DNA of 64,000 nucleotides. Origin: a virus. The stretch is from positions 45,029 through 109,028 of IMG/VR virus record IMGVR_UViG_3300021963_007714. One strand, 5' to 3'. The position numbers and the translations under genes were made by a program. How positions within the stretch are numbered: position 1 is the first letter of the stretch; every line of letters begins with the position of its first letter. This document shows, piece by piece, positions 19,468-29,376 of the stretch. The notes under the pieces are model-generated. The model searched no databases, had not been told where the DNA came from, and saw only the letters and a program-made list of their open reading frames with translations.

Positions 19468-21042
19468 ATGAAAACCGAAGATTTCAACAAAAAAATTGAT
19501 AGTAAAAAGCTGAGAGAATCAATTTCCAAAAAATTTGGCGTTGAGCTTCAGTTTGATCATTATAATAGAGAACAATTAGAAGATTATAGAAATAAACTTC
19601 GTACAAGAATTTTTCAAGCAGAAGGATCTTCAGGTATAAATGATTTACTCAATAACGAATCATATCAGAAAGATAAAGCAATTTTACAATTGCTCAACAC
19701 AAGGATTAAAGAGATGCTAGGCGAAGACCTTAAAAAATTAAGAGATAAAATTGATGCTTTGGAAGAAGCAAAAAAAGGTGTTCGCGCACCTAAATATACA
19801 AAGAAAGCCAAAGGTGCTAACGACGGCAATCTTGCTAATAATTATCCTCCATTTGATAAAGTTACCAGAGGCGATGTAATCGCTGGTGCTACTGGTAAAG
19901 ATCAAAAGGGCGGCAATAAGAAAGATGTAAAAGCTGACGAAGGACGCCGTATTTCAGGCAAAGGCTATGACAATCCTGAGCATGATAGTAAACCGCCAGA
20001 GGGCAAAGTTCCCTTTACCAGTTTCCATCAAGGCAAGCAAGGTGATCAAGCAGCAAGACTACATGCCACACAGGTCAAAGGTAAGTTGGTCAAGGGCAAG
20101 GCACAGAGCGCCAAGCAGGATGAGCCAGGTGTAAAAGAAGAAAAGTTTGATCCGTTAAAGCACGTTAAAAATCCTACACCGGGTGAAAAGAAAGCCGCTA
20201 AAGATGTTAAACGTAGTAGCTATGCTGATCGTGCCGCAATGTTAAGATCAGCAGAAAAAGATGGACGCTTAAAAGAAGCCGATGACAAGTGTAATCACAC
20301 ACCAAAAGGTAAGAAATGTCCAGTCCATGGCCTAAAAGAGTGCGGCACAATGGAAGGCAAGGACGAAGGTAAGCCAGGCAAGAACTTTGCTAAGATCGCC
20401 AAGAAAGCAGGCGAGAAGTATGGCAGCAAGGCAGCAGGCGAGCGTGTAGCAGGCGCTGTCCGTCAAAAATTAAAGAAGGCTGGTAAGTTAGAAGAATCTA
20501 ATCTAATCTTCAAGCGTAATGTTCGCACAGTGAACGAAAGCTTAGCCTATCTACTCAGTGAAAATGAAGAAGAAAAAGCAAAGAGCATCACAGCAGCTGG
20601 TGATATTGTAAATGATTTTACTAGTTGGATGCAGCGTGTAGGCCAATATCAAACCAAATCAATGATTGAACTTGCTGATAAGATTCGCAGTGATTTTGGT
20701 CCAGCAGAAGCTGAAGCATTTAAGCAGGCTGTAGGCCCAGCTCTAAGTGCAACATTAGAACTACTAACTCAACAGCGTGAAATAATCAGTAACGCAGTAG
20801 CAGCACTGGCCGGAGAACAAATGCCTACAGAACCAATGGGCATGGAACCAGGAGCTGATATGTCTGAACCAGGAATGGACGCTGCTGAACCAGACATGAT
20901 GAATGAACCACCTAGCGATGAGTTTGCCGCAGCAGACGCAGCAGCAGGCGGCGCTGAAGCAGCTGGTCGTGAAATGCGTGAAAGCAAGTTTGCTCGCAAA
21001 CTGGCAGAAAGTCATAGCATTATCAGCAAACTAGCAAGATGA
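19468..21042 (+). CDS. Prohead core/scaffold-like protein with an internal array of basic peptides
   Basis: Coiled-coil termini, a Lys-rich centre, an acidic Pro/Met-rich tail and many (L/V/M)-x-E sites; TATAAATA at 19438. Confidence 0.55.
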   Translation: MKTEDFNKKIDSKKLRESISKKFGVELQFDHYNREQLEDYRNKLRTRIFQAEGSSGINDLLNNESYQKDKAILQLLNTRIKEMLGEDLKKLRDKIDALEEAKKGVRAPKYTKKAKGANDGNLANNYPPFDKVTRGDVIAGATGKDQKGGNKKDVKADEGRRISGKGYDNPEHDSKPPEGKVPFTSFHQGKQGDQAARLHATQVKGKLVKGKAQSAKQDEPGVKEEKFDPLKHVKNPTPGEKKAAKDVKRSSYADRAAMLRSAEKDGRLKEADDKCNHTPKGKKCPVHGLKECGTMEGKDEGKPGKNFAKIAKKAGEKYGSKAAGERVAGAVRQKLKKAGKLEESNLIFKRNVRTVNESLAYLLSENEEEKAKSITAAGDIVNDFTSWMQRVGQYQTKSMIELADKIRSDFGPAEAEAFKQAVGPALSATLELLTQQREIISNAVAALAGEQMPTEPMGMEPGADMSEPGMDAAEPDMMNEPPSDEFAAADAAAGGAEAAGREMRESKFARKLAESHSIISKLAR

Positions 21043-21398
21043 AAATTGTAGAGCTCTTTGAAGATCCAACTTATGACGTTGGATCTCTTAGAAGTGCTTT
21101 GGCTGTAAGACAGGGCCAGGCTCGTAAATCAGGCCTGGCCAAAGAATTACCACTCAGTGTAATAAAAGATATAGCTCGTGATCTAGGTATTAGTATCACT
21201 GACTTAGATACACTAAAACAATTCAAAGATAAAATTGATCCAGCTGGTGATGTTTTTGATATCACCGACCAAGGATCTATATTACTCAAAAATCCAGATA
21301 AATTAGCCCACTTAACCAAAGGTGGGGGTCCTAGTGTAGATGCAATGGCCAGCAGTAATGCTAAAACTATTGGATCTGCTCACGGCTCAAAAATTTGA
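21039..21398 (+). CDS. Hypothetical protein with putative capsid-targeting leader
   Basis: N-terminus MKIVELFE; ATGA-coupled to the upstream gene. Confidence 0.6.
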   Translation: MKIVELFEDPTYDVGSLRSALAVRQGQARKSGLAKELPLSVIKDIARDLGISITDLDTLKQFKDKIDPAGDVFDITDQGSILLKNPDKLAHLTKGGGPSVDAMASSNAKTIGSAHGSKI

Positions 21399-21422
21399 CA
21401 TCTTAAAATTAATCTGTATAAT
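21395..21422 (+). promoter_or_regulatory. Sigma70-type (early) promoter
   Basis: TTGACA-16 nt-TATAAT upstream of the exonuclease ATG at 21433. Confidence 0.7.
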
Positions 21423-21432
21423 TATTAGGAAT

Positions 21433-22140
21433 ATGAATAATTATATCCCACCTCCCTTCGTCGAACGATTTCAATATAAAAATTGTAAACAAATAAATGA
21501 TCCTGTAACTCGTAAACGTGTTTATCTAACACCAGACGGTGAAAGATTGCCCAGTGTAACAACCATACTGAGCGCAACCAAAGACATGACTGCACTAAAT
21601 GAATGGCGTGATAGAATAGGACATGAAAAGGCTCAGCAGATTACCACAGAGGCTGCTGGCGTGGGCACAGCCATGCACGGAAACTTGGAAAGATTTATAG
21701 CTGGTCTACAACGCCAACCCGGTAATAATCCAGTTCATGTTCAAGCCAACAAGATGGCTGATATAATTATTGAGAATGGTCTAAAGCATGTAAATGAAGT
21801 CTGGGCTATGGAACAGAGCTTATACTTTCCTGGACTTTATAGTGGAACCACTGACCTTGTTGGTGTGTTTAAAGGTAATCCTGCGGTAATGGATCATAAA
21901 CAGACCAATAAACCTAAAAAAGAAGCCTGGATTGACGACTACAAAATACAACTTGTAGCTTATATCATGGCTCATAATACGGTTTATGGCACAGATATCA
22001 GAGAAGGACATGTATTCATGTGCTCTAGAGATCTTCAATATCAGCAATTCGATCTATGGCCTGACGAATATCTACATTGGCAAAACAAATGGTTAGACAA
22101 GGTTGAAGAGTTCTATAACTTAGAAAAGGCAAGAGCTTAA
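21433..22140 (+). CDS. PD-(D/E)xK exonuclease (Cas4/MGME1/RecB-like)
   Basis: LPSVTTIL, GTAMH, YSGTTDLVG, DHKQ and QLVAY motifs; start reassigned to 21433. Confidence 0.85.
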   Translation: MNNYIPPPFVERFQYKNCKQINDPVTRKRVYLTPDGERLPSVTTILSATKDMTALNEWRDRIGHEKAQQITTEAAGVGTAMHGNLERFIAGLQRQPGNNPVHVQANKMADIIIENGLKHVNEVWAMEQSLYFPGLYSGTTDLVGVFKGNPAVMDHKQTNKPKKEAWIDDYKIQLVAYIMAHNTVYGTDIREGHVFMCSRDLQYQQFDLWPDEYLHWQNKWLDKVEEFYNLEKARA

Positions 22141-22184
22141 ACAACTTCTCTACTGATAAATATCCTATAAGGGGATATAATTCT

Positions 22185-24260
22185 ATGGCTGTGGTAGAGA
22201 TCAGTAAACTTCAAGTCCGTCGCGGACAGGAAAACCAAACTGGTGTTCCAGTTTTAGACAGTGGTGAATTTGGCTGGGCCAGTGACACTGAAAACCTTTA
22301 TATTGGCCTTAGACGAATTGACGGTGGCGCACGAGATGCCAATGTAAGGATTCTTACAGAAAATGACTTAAGAAATTTCTTTTCTTCTTCTAGTAATCTA
22401 ACAGGCCTTAATACCAGCAGTATATATACCTTTAGAGACGGAACTGGTATTGCTACTACTACCACTGTTTTCAATCCTGTCCCTGCTGCAATATTAGAAG
22501 AATGGTCTAGAACAGTACAAAACAAATTAGACGACATCGTTAATGTAAAAGATTTCGGTGCTGCCGGAGATGGTCTAAATGATGATTCTGGTCCTATTCA
22601 AGCTGCTATAACCAGCTTGTTTTTATCAGATCGCTGGAGTGCTGATCTATCACTTTCTACAGGCACAGAAAAAGTTTTATATTTTCCTAAGGGCGATTAT
22701 AGAATAAGTCAAAGGATTTATATACCCGGCAAAACGAAAATTGTTGGGGAGGGTAAGGATAGCACTTTTGTTATTCAAACCAATAACAATGTCAGTTTTT
22801 TTGCTAGTGTAGGTAATGATGCGCAAACAAATCCTGGCACAGCAGATTTTTTCCCTGTGAATACTTTGGCTAGTCCTGATTATATCGGTATAGAGAAAAT
22901 GACCCTTATTCACAAAGGTTCAAGCATCAGTTCCGGACAGCCTTTCATTCAATTAAATTGTTCTAGTCATAGCTATGTTCGTGATGTAAAAATGGTAGGA
23001 CTTTATACAAGCACTACTACAGTGAGTGTTACATCATATGCGGGTATAGAACTGAGAGGATTAAGAGGGGCAGATAAATCACAACATATATCTATTGAGA
23101 ATTGCGAATTTGAAAAACTATATACTGGAATTATAAGCAATTATGATATAGATCATATAGCAATTGATAATAATTATTTTTATGATTTAGATAGGGCAGT
23201 GGTTTTTTGTGATACTCCTGCATATACAGATCCTATAAGTGGAGATACTCGACGATTTACTGATTACGGACCTCGTTTTGCTAAGATAACAAATAATTAT
23301 TTTGATAACATTTTTAGACATGGAATTTATGTAGGCGCAGGTGGGGGTATTACTTCTACAATGACCGGTACATATCATGTCAGTATGAATAATACCTTTG
23401 TAAAAGTTGGTAATATCGTTGATCATCTTATGACTAACGACACAGGAACGTCAGTAATAAAATTTATACCAAATAATAATATCAGCAGGAATGATTATTT
23501 TTACAGATACGATTATGAATTAACCACTGTTGATGCCACGACTTCTACCTTTGTTCAACTAGTAGAAGGTAATACTGCAATAGAAAGTGATGTGGTTAGA
23601 ACTACAAGAGTTGCAGCGAATACTTCTGCTACAGCGATGTTATTGCCAATTACAGGAAATCCACAATATGTTACAGTCAAGTATCATATGTATAATTTTG
23701 CTAGCGGTGGTGATCTAGTAGATCGTAGAGGCAACCTAGATATATATGTTAGTTCTGGAGCTGTACCTACTATAAGTTTTACAGATAATTATAACTATTT
23801 TACCAATGATGCCAGTTCTTATTCAGATTGGATAACAAGCATCAACAGTTCGAAAAGATTTTATCAAATTAAGTTATGGAATAAATCACCTACTGGCACA
23901 GGCGCTACTTTTAATGTGACAAATAATAATGTTTTGAGCACTGGTACTTATAGCACAGTTACATTGGTATCAGGTGGAACTAACTACCAAGTAGGCGATG
24001 TTATAACCTTAGATGGCACATGGTTCGGTACAAGCACAGTATTCACGTACTCTACTACTACCAGCCTAAATTCTGTGTACGTAACGGTAACAGCACTTAC
24101 AGGTTCTGCTGTGGCTTCAGGCGGATTTACATTTACCGGTATTGCTGCTACAATAACTAATACCACTACATTCTTTATCAGCACTTCTACAAACAGTCGT
24201 GCTGGTGGCGCTGGTAGTGCTTTATTTTTAGATCACCAATTGAGTATAATGACTGTTTAA
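22185..24260 (+). CDS. Tail fibre/spike protein with pectate-lyase-like beta-helix
   Basis: N-terminal 'ISKLQVRRG...LDSGEFGWA.D...LYIG' fibre head motif; VNVKDFGAAGDG..DD and LYFPKGDY (Pectate_lyase_3-like). Confidence 0.75.
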   Translation: MAVVEISKLQVRRGQENQTGVPVLDSGEFGWASDTENLYIGLRRIDGGARDANVRILTENDLRNFFSSSSNLTGLNTSSIYTFRDGTGIATTTTVFNPVPAAILEEWSRTVQNKLDDIVNVKDFGAAGDGLNDDSGPIQAAITSLFLSDRWSADLSLSTGTEKVLYFPKGDYRISQRIYIPGKTKIVGEGKDSTFVIQTNNNVSFFASVGNDAQTNPGTADFFPVNTLASPDYIGIEKMTLIHKGSSISSGQPFIQLNCSSHSYVRDVKMVGLYTSTTTVSVTSYAGIELRGLRGADKSQHISIENCEFEKLYTGIISNYDIDHIAIDNNYFYDLDRAVVFCDTPAYTDPISGDTRRFTDYGPRFAKITNNYFDNIFRHGIYVGAGGGITSTMTGTYHVSMNNTFVKVGNIVDHLMTNDTGTSVIKFIPNNNISRNDYFYRYDYELTTVDATTSTFVQLVEGNTAIESDVVRTTRVAANTSATAMLLPITGNPQYVTVKYHMYNFASGGDLVDRRGNLDIYVSSGAVPTISFTDNYNYFTNDASSYSDWITSINSSKRFYQIKLWNKSPTGTGATFNVTNNNVLSTGTYSTVTLVSGGTNYQVGDVITLDGTWFGTSTVFTYSTTTSLNSVYVTVTALTGSAVASGGFTFTGIAATITNTTTFFISTSTNSRAGGAGSALFLDHQLSIMTV

Positions 24261-24694
24261 TGTTTAAGTTGGACCTAGACCAAAGACTAGATTTTTGGTT
24301 GAATTTTAGAAGAACATTTGATAATACTAAAGATCCTCTACAAGAGGTTAGTAATCTTTGGGTTTCCGCCCCTTTTATACCAAAAAATCATAAAATTGAT
24401 CCATTTAATAGCCAAAGCTGGCCTACACCATGGGAAATCGTTTCAGAAAATAGATATGATGATTTCACTAGAGCCTTAATGATAGGCTGGACATTAAAAT
24501 TGAGCAAAAAATATTGTGATTCCAATATAATAATTAAAACTTATATAGACAAAGAGAGACAAAGAGAATATAATATGGTCTGTATAGATGATATCTGGGT
24601 GCTTAATTATAGTGATCATGGTCCTGTAGGCATTGAATCTATTCCTGAATCGTTTAGGCTGGAAAACCTTATAGAACTTCAGGCACCGAGGTAA
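24260..24694 (+). CDS. Hypothetical phage protein
   Basis: 144 aa with a WPTPWEI motif, coupled to the upstream gene. Confidence 0.6.
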   Translation: MFKLDLDQRLDFWLNFRRTFDNTKDPLQEVSNLWVSAPFIPKNHKIDPFNSQSWPTPWEIVSENRYDDFTRALMIGWTLKLSKKYCDSNIIIKTYIDKERQREYNMVCIDDIWVLNYSDHGPVGIESIPESFRLENLIELQAPR

Positions 24695-24726
24695 ATATCT
24701 CATCCAAACAAAAAGAGGTAGGTTCT

Positions 24727-27042
24727 ATGATCACAGTGGTCAAGAGGAACGGGGATCGTGTTCCCCTAGATATTAGTAAGATACAGAGACAGGTAGCAAA
24801 TGCGTGTAAGGGCATAGACGGTGTGAGCCCAAGCATGATAGAAATTAAGGCACAGATTGAATTACATGATGGAATGACCACAAAAACCATAGATGAATTG
24901 CTACTAAAGGCTATGGTCAATCTCATAGATGAATCAGAAAATCCAGAAATAAACAATGTTAACTATCAATATGTAGCAGGTCGCCAGCGTGTCAGTATGC
25001 TGCGAAAAGAAGTTTATGGAAAGTATGAACCAGATAGTCTTTATGAAATCGTCAAAAGAAACGTAGAGTTTGGTATGTATACTGCTGATCTTCTTTCATG
25101 GTACAGCGAAGAGGATTGGAAAACCATTGAGTACTTTATTGATCATGATAAAGACCAAAATTATACCTATGCGGCAATAGCACAACTTTGTGAAAAATAT
25201 CTTGTACAAAATCGTGCCACAGGGCAAATTTTCGAAACCCCTCAGATACGATATGCCATTGCCGCTGCTACTGCTTTTCACAACGAACCAAAAGATCGTA
25301 GATTAAAGTATGTAAAGGACTATTATGAGTGCGCTTCAGATGGTCATTTCACTCTTGCCACCCCTGTGCTTGCTGGGCTTGGCACTACTACTAAACAGTT
25401 CAGCTCTTGCGTTCTTATCAGTAGTGATGATACCCTTGATAGCATATTCGCTGCTGGCGAAATGATGGCCAAGTATGCTAGTAAACGTGCTGGCATTGGT
25501 TTGGAAATTGGTCGTATCCGCCCACTTGGTGCCCCCATTCGTAATGGCGAAATCAAGCACACAGGAATGATCCCATTTCTAAAGAAATGGTTTAGCGATC
25601 TACGCAGTTGTAGCCAAGGTGGAATACGTAATGCAAGTTGTACGGTAACTTTTCCCATCTGGCACTATCAATTTGAAGATCTTATTGTGCTAAAGAATAA
25701 TCAGGGCACAGAAGAAACTCGTGTGCGCCAAATGGATTACTCAGTTGTGGTAAATTCTCTATTTTGGAATCGGTTTAAGAATAAAGAAAATATTACATTA
25801 TTGGATCCACACGAAGTCCCAGATTTATATGAAGCATACTACAGAGACAGCAAAGAATTTGAAAAACTATATCTACGCTATGAGCAAGATAAGACAAAAA
25901 AGAAAAAAGTATTATCAGCGGATGAGATATTCAAAAATGGAATTCTTAAGGAAAGAACTGACACTGGTAGAATATACCTTGTCAATATTGACAACGTCAT
26001 CCAACAAGGGCCCTTTGATACAAGCACTGACCCGATATATCAATCAAATCTATGCCAGGAGATACTACTACCCACGAAACCTTTCCAAAGAATTGAAGAC
26101 GCTAATGGACGAATTGCTCTTTGCACACTTGGGTCGATTAACTGGGGTTCATTCCGTGGTCCGCAGGATATGCGCAAGGCCTGTAGGATCCTGGTAAGAA
26201 GTCTCAGTAATCTACTCAGCTATCAAGACTTTCTATCTGTACAAAGTCAATTGGCTAACGAAGACTTTGAACCATTGGGTGTAGGTATTACTAATTTAGC
26301 CTATTGGCACGCACGTAAAGGACTAAGGTACGGAGAAAAGGACAGTCTTGCAGAGGTTAGGCGTTGGATGGAACATCAGGCATTCTATCTTACAGAGATC
26401 AGTGTAGAGCTAGCAGAAGAAAGAGGTGCCTGTAAACGCAGTCAATATAGCTTTTATGGCAAAGGCGTATTTCCTTGGGAAAGAAGAAATAAAAATGTAG
26501 ATGAACTTACAGATTTTAAGCCTTCTCTAGATTGGGAACCTCTTAGGGTGAAAATGAAGAAACATGGTATTAGGAATGGTACCTTAATGGCTGTAGCCCC
26601 AGTTGAATCTAGTTCTGTTGTACTAAACAGCACTAATGGCATTGAAATGCCTATGGAACTAATTAGTGTAAAAGAAAGTAAGGCAGGCAGTTTCGTACAG
26701 GTAGTACCAGAATATAGAAGATTAAAAAATAGATATGAATTGATGTGGGAACAAAAAGACTGCCTAGGTTATCTAAAAACCGCCGCGGTTTTGGCAGCAT
26801 ATATAGATCAAAGTCTTAGCACAAATACTTTTTATAATCCAGCACACTTTGTTAGCGGCAAGGTGCCAGCTACCCTTGTTGCTAAAAATCTAATGCTGGC
26901 CTATAAGTGGGGAATCAAAACCATATACTATAGTTTAATTAACAAGGTTGGGGCCAAGAGTGATGTAATCACAGCTACAACTATTAAGAGCGTTATTGAA
27001 CTAGACGAATCGGAAGAAAATTGTGAGGCATGTGTACTATGA
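24727..27042 (+). CDS. nrdA: Ribonucleotide reductase class Ia alpha subunit
   Basis: N-terminal ATP cone (VVKRNG), QFSSCVL, SNLCQEI, APVESSS, IYY and C-terminal CEAC. Confidence 0.97.
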   Translation: MITVVKRNGDRVPLDISKIQRQVANACKGIDGVSPSMIEIKAQIELHDGMTTKTIDELLLKAMVNLIDESENPEINNVNYQYVAGRQRVSMLRKEVYGKYEPDSLYEIVKRNVEFGMYTADLLSWYSEEDWKTIEYFIDHDKDQNYTYAAIAQLCEKYLVQNRATGQIFETPQIRYAIAAATAFHNEPKDRRLKYVKDYYECASDGHFTLATPVLAGLGTTTKQFSSCVLISSDDTLDSIFAAGEMMAKYASKRAGIGLEIGRIRPLGAPIRNGEIKHTGMIPFLKKWFSDLRSCSQGGIRNASCTVTFPIWHYQFEDLIVLKNNQGTEETRVRQMDYSVVVNSLFWNRFKNKENITLLDPHEVPDLYEAYYRDSKEFEKLYLRYEQDKTKKKKVLSADEIFKNGILKERTDTGRIYLVNIDNVIQQGPFDTSTDPIYQSNLCQEILLPTKPFQRIEDANGRIALCTLGSINWGSFRGPQDMRKACRILVRSLSNLLSYQDFLSVQSQLANEDFEPLGVGITNLAYWHARKGLRYGEKDSLAEVRRWMEHQAFYLTEISVELAEERGACKRSQYSFYGKGVFPWERRNKNVDELTDFKPSLDWEPLRVKMKKHGIRNGTLMAVAPVESSSVVLNSTNGIEMPMELISVKESKAGSFVQVVPEYRRLKNRYELMWEQKDCLGYLKTAAVLAAYIDQSLSTNTFYNPAHFVSGKVPATLVAKNLMLAYKWGIKTIYYSLINKVGAKSDVITATTIKSVIELDESEENCEACVL

Positions 27043-27275
27043 TAGAAGAACAAATTGAAGACGGTACCCCTAAACGGGACGTAATAACTAAATGGCTTGC
27101 CTATTATGGCATCCATGAATATGTAGAAATAGAAGATGAGGCTCTAGACTTTTTATGTATGGCTCTAATGAAGCCTGATGTCAAGGCCGTTAGGTTAAAC
27201 GGAGAAGGTGGTATCGTAATAGAATATGATGAAGATAACCCATGGGATACAGAATATGTCACACGACCAGTATAA
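27039..27275 (+). CDS. Small acidic hypothetical protein between nrdA and nrdB
   Basis: ATGA overlap with the nrdA stop; 78 aa. Confidence 0.55.
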   Translation: MIEEQIEDGTPKRDVITKWLAYYGIHEYVEIEDEALDFLCMALMKPDVKAVRLNGEGGIVIEYDEDNPWDTEYVTRPV

Positions 27276-28356
27276 TATAAAAAAACAAACGAACTATCTT
27301 AAACGAAAAATGTTTCTGGACCCAGAAGGCCCAGTCACAGTTCAACGATTTGAAGAAGTCAAATACCCAAAGATACAAAAGTTTGAAGAATTAGCCAGAG
27401 GTTTTTTTTGGGTACCTGAAGAGGTCAGTTTAACCAAGGACAAAATTGATTTCAAAGAATCCAGTGATGCTGTACGTCATATCTTTACCAGCAACCTACT
27501 TCGACAAACCGCTCTAGATAGCATTCAGGGCAGAGCGCCTAGTCAGATTTTTTCACCGGTGATTAGCTTGCCTGAACTAGAAGCACTAGTTAGTAATTGG
27601 AGTTTTTTCGAAACCAATATTCACAGCAAGAGCTATAGTCACATTATCAGAAATGTCTACGGTGTACCTAAAGAAGTTTTCAATACTATTCATGACACCA
27701 CTGAAATCGTTGACATGGCGGCTAGTGTAGGAAGGTATTATGACAAGTTACATTTATTAAACTGTAATAAGGAAGCCGGACTCTATGTGAACGAGGTTGA
27801 ACATATTAAAGCAATCTGGTTAGCCCTAAATGCCAGCTATGCCCTAGAGGCACTACGCTTTATGGTGTCATTTGCAACCAGTCTTGCTATGGTAGAAAAC
27901 CGTATTTTTATTGGTAATGGAAACATTATCAGCTTAATCTTACAGGACGAACTATTACACACAGAATGGACAGCTCATTTGATCAATCAAGTGGTTAAAG
28001 ATGATCAAAGATTTTCCAATATTGTTGACGAATGCCGTAGCGAAGTTTATAACATGTATATGGATGTGATTAAGGAAGAAAAAGCATGGGCAGATTATTT
28101 GTTTAGCAAGGGTGTGGTAATCGGATTGAATCCTCAAATTCTCAAGGATTTTGTAGATTATACTGCTTTTGTGAGACTGAAAGATATTGGCATTAAGTAC
28201 AATGAAGAACATCCCAAAACCAGTCCTATTCCATGGTTCAACAAACATGTCAATATTAATAAGAAACAGACAGCACTTCAAGAAAATGAATCAACTAATT
28301 ATGTTATCGGAGTAATGAGCGACGTAATTGAATATGATGCCCTACCCGCACTATAA
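27256..28356 (+). CDS. nrdB: Ribonucleotide reductase class Ia beta subunit
   Basis: FFWVPEEV, LDSIQGR, ETNIHSKSY (radical Tyr), LEALRF, DELLH and QENESTNY; likely start MSHDQY at 27256. Confidence 0.96.
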   Translation: MSHDQYNIKKQTNYLKRKMFLDPEGPVTVQRFEEVKYPKIQKFEELARGFFWVPEEVSLTKDKIDFKESSDAVRHIFTSNLLRQTALDSIQGRAPSQIFSPVISLPELEALVSNWSFFETNIHSKSYSHIIRNVYGVPKEVFNTIHDTTEIVDMAASVGRYYDKLHLLNCNKEAGLYVNEVEHIKAIWLALNASYALEALRFMVSFATSLAMVENRIFIGNGNIISLILQDELLHTEWTAHLINQVVKDDQRFSNIVDECRSEVYNMYMDVIKEEKAWADYLFSKGVVIGLNPQILKDFVDYTAFVRLKDIGIKYNEEHPKTSPIPWFNKHVNINKKQTALQENESTNYVIGVMSDVIEYDALPAL

Positions 28357-28367
28357 GGAGAATAATA

Positions 28368-28604
28368 ATGAAGGCAATTGTATGGAGTAAATATCACTGT
28401 AGCTTTTGTGATCAGGCAATGATGTTATTAAAGCAGCGTGGCATGGAAATCGAAGAACGTAAAATAGGTGATGGTTGGTCAAAAGAAGAATTATTAGAGG
28501 CTGTGCCCACAGCAAGAACAGTACCACAGATCTTTATAGACGATCGACTTATTGGTGGCTATACAGAATTAAAACAATATCTATTAGAGGCAGCTAATGG
28601 ATAA
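28368..28604 (+). CDS. Glutaredoxin
   Basis: CSFC active site, TVPQIFI and IGGY. Confidence 0.92.
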   Translation: MKAIVWSKYHCSFCDQAMMLLKQRGMEIEERKIGDGWSKEELLEAVPTARTVPQIFIDDRLIGGYTELKQYLLEAANG

Positions 28605-29082
28605 TAATGAGGAAAAATTAACGATCTCAGCAAGTGATGATATGTCATCGCCTGTTATATCTGCTCTAGATACAGAACAAATAAAACCATTGGATTTTTC
28701 CGATCTCAACCTTGATACTATCAGCATAGATACATCTCTCAACGCCTATTCAACTGCTATTTCAGGAGCAGGACAGTATGGGGCTGCTGGTAATTATGTC
28801 CTTAGCACGAACGGAACTAATCCTGGTTGGAATCCTCTCAGTTGGCCATCAATCACTAATAGTGGATCCACAATAGACAACTCATTGTCAGTTAAAGGTG
28901 ATGCAGAGTTTGACGGTGATGTAAAAATTAAAGGTCATAGTATATTACATCTACTTAAAAAGATTGAAGATAGGTTAGCAGTTTTACAAGAACCTAATCC
29001 GGAAAAACTTGAAAAATTCGCAGCCTTGAAAAAAGCCTACGATCACTACAAAACTCTAGAAAGGCTTATAGGTGAGGAATAA
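28597..29082 (+). CDS. Hypothetical phage protein
   Basis: Low-complexity N-terminus and helical C-terminus (IEDRLAVL...LKKAYDHY). Confidence 0.6.
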   Translation: MDNNEEKLTISASDDMSSPVISALDTEQIKPLDFSDLNLDTISIDTSLNAYSTAISGAGQYGAAGNYVLSTNGTNPGWNPLSWPSITNSGSTIDNSLSVKGDAEFDGDVKIKGHSILHLLKKIEDRLAVLQEPNPEKLEKFAALKKAYDHYKTLERLIGEE

Positions 29083-29372
29083 TGTTAATTAACAAAGGAT
29101 TTAAAACCGGCGATATCATTACTATAAAATTAATAAATGGTGATGAAATAATAGCCAGATATGAAAATGAAACTATTGATGAAGTTTCTATAAACAGACC
29201 TTTGGCTTTAACATTAGGAGGCGGTGGTGGATTAGGTATGATTCCTTGGGTGTTTTTAAGCGACAAACAAGACTACAATCTAAAAAAAAGCCACATGTTT
29301 GTTATGGTTCCCAGTAAGGCTGATGCTGCTAAACAATATATGCAGGGAACTACAGGAATAGCATTAGGATAA
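29082..29372 (+). CDS. Hypothetical protein, possibly Sm-like fold
   Basis: GDIITIKLINGDEIIARY pattern. Confidence 0.5.
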   Translation: MLINKGFKTGDIITIKLINGDEIIARYENETIDEVSINRPLALTLGGGGGLGMIPWVFLSDKQDYNLKKSHMFVMVPSKADAAKQYMQGTTGIALG

Positions 29373-29376
29373 AATT

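Noticed and set aside
21433-22140. Cas4-like protein as part of a CRISPR-Cas locus
   Set aside because: No repeat-spacer array or other cas genes were seen; stand-alone exonucleases of this type are common in large phages.
24727-28356. Introns or inteins in nrdA/nrdB
   Set aside because: Both ORFs are continuous and of normal length, with no intein or homing motifs.
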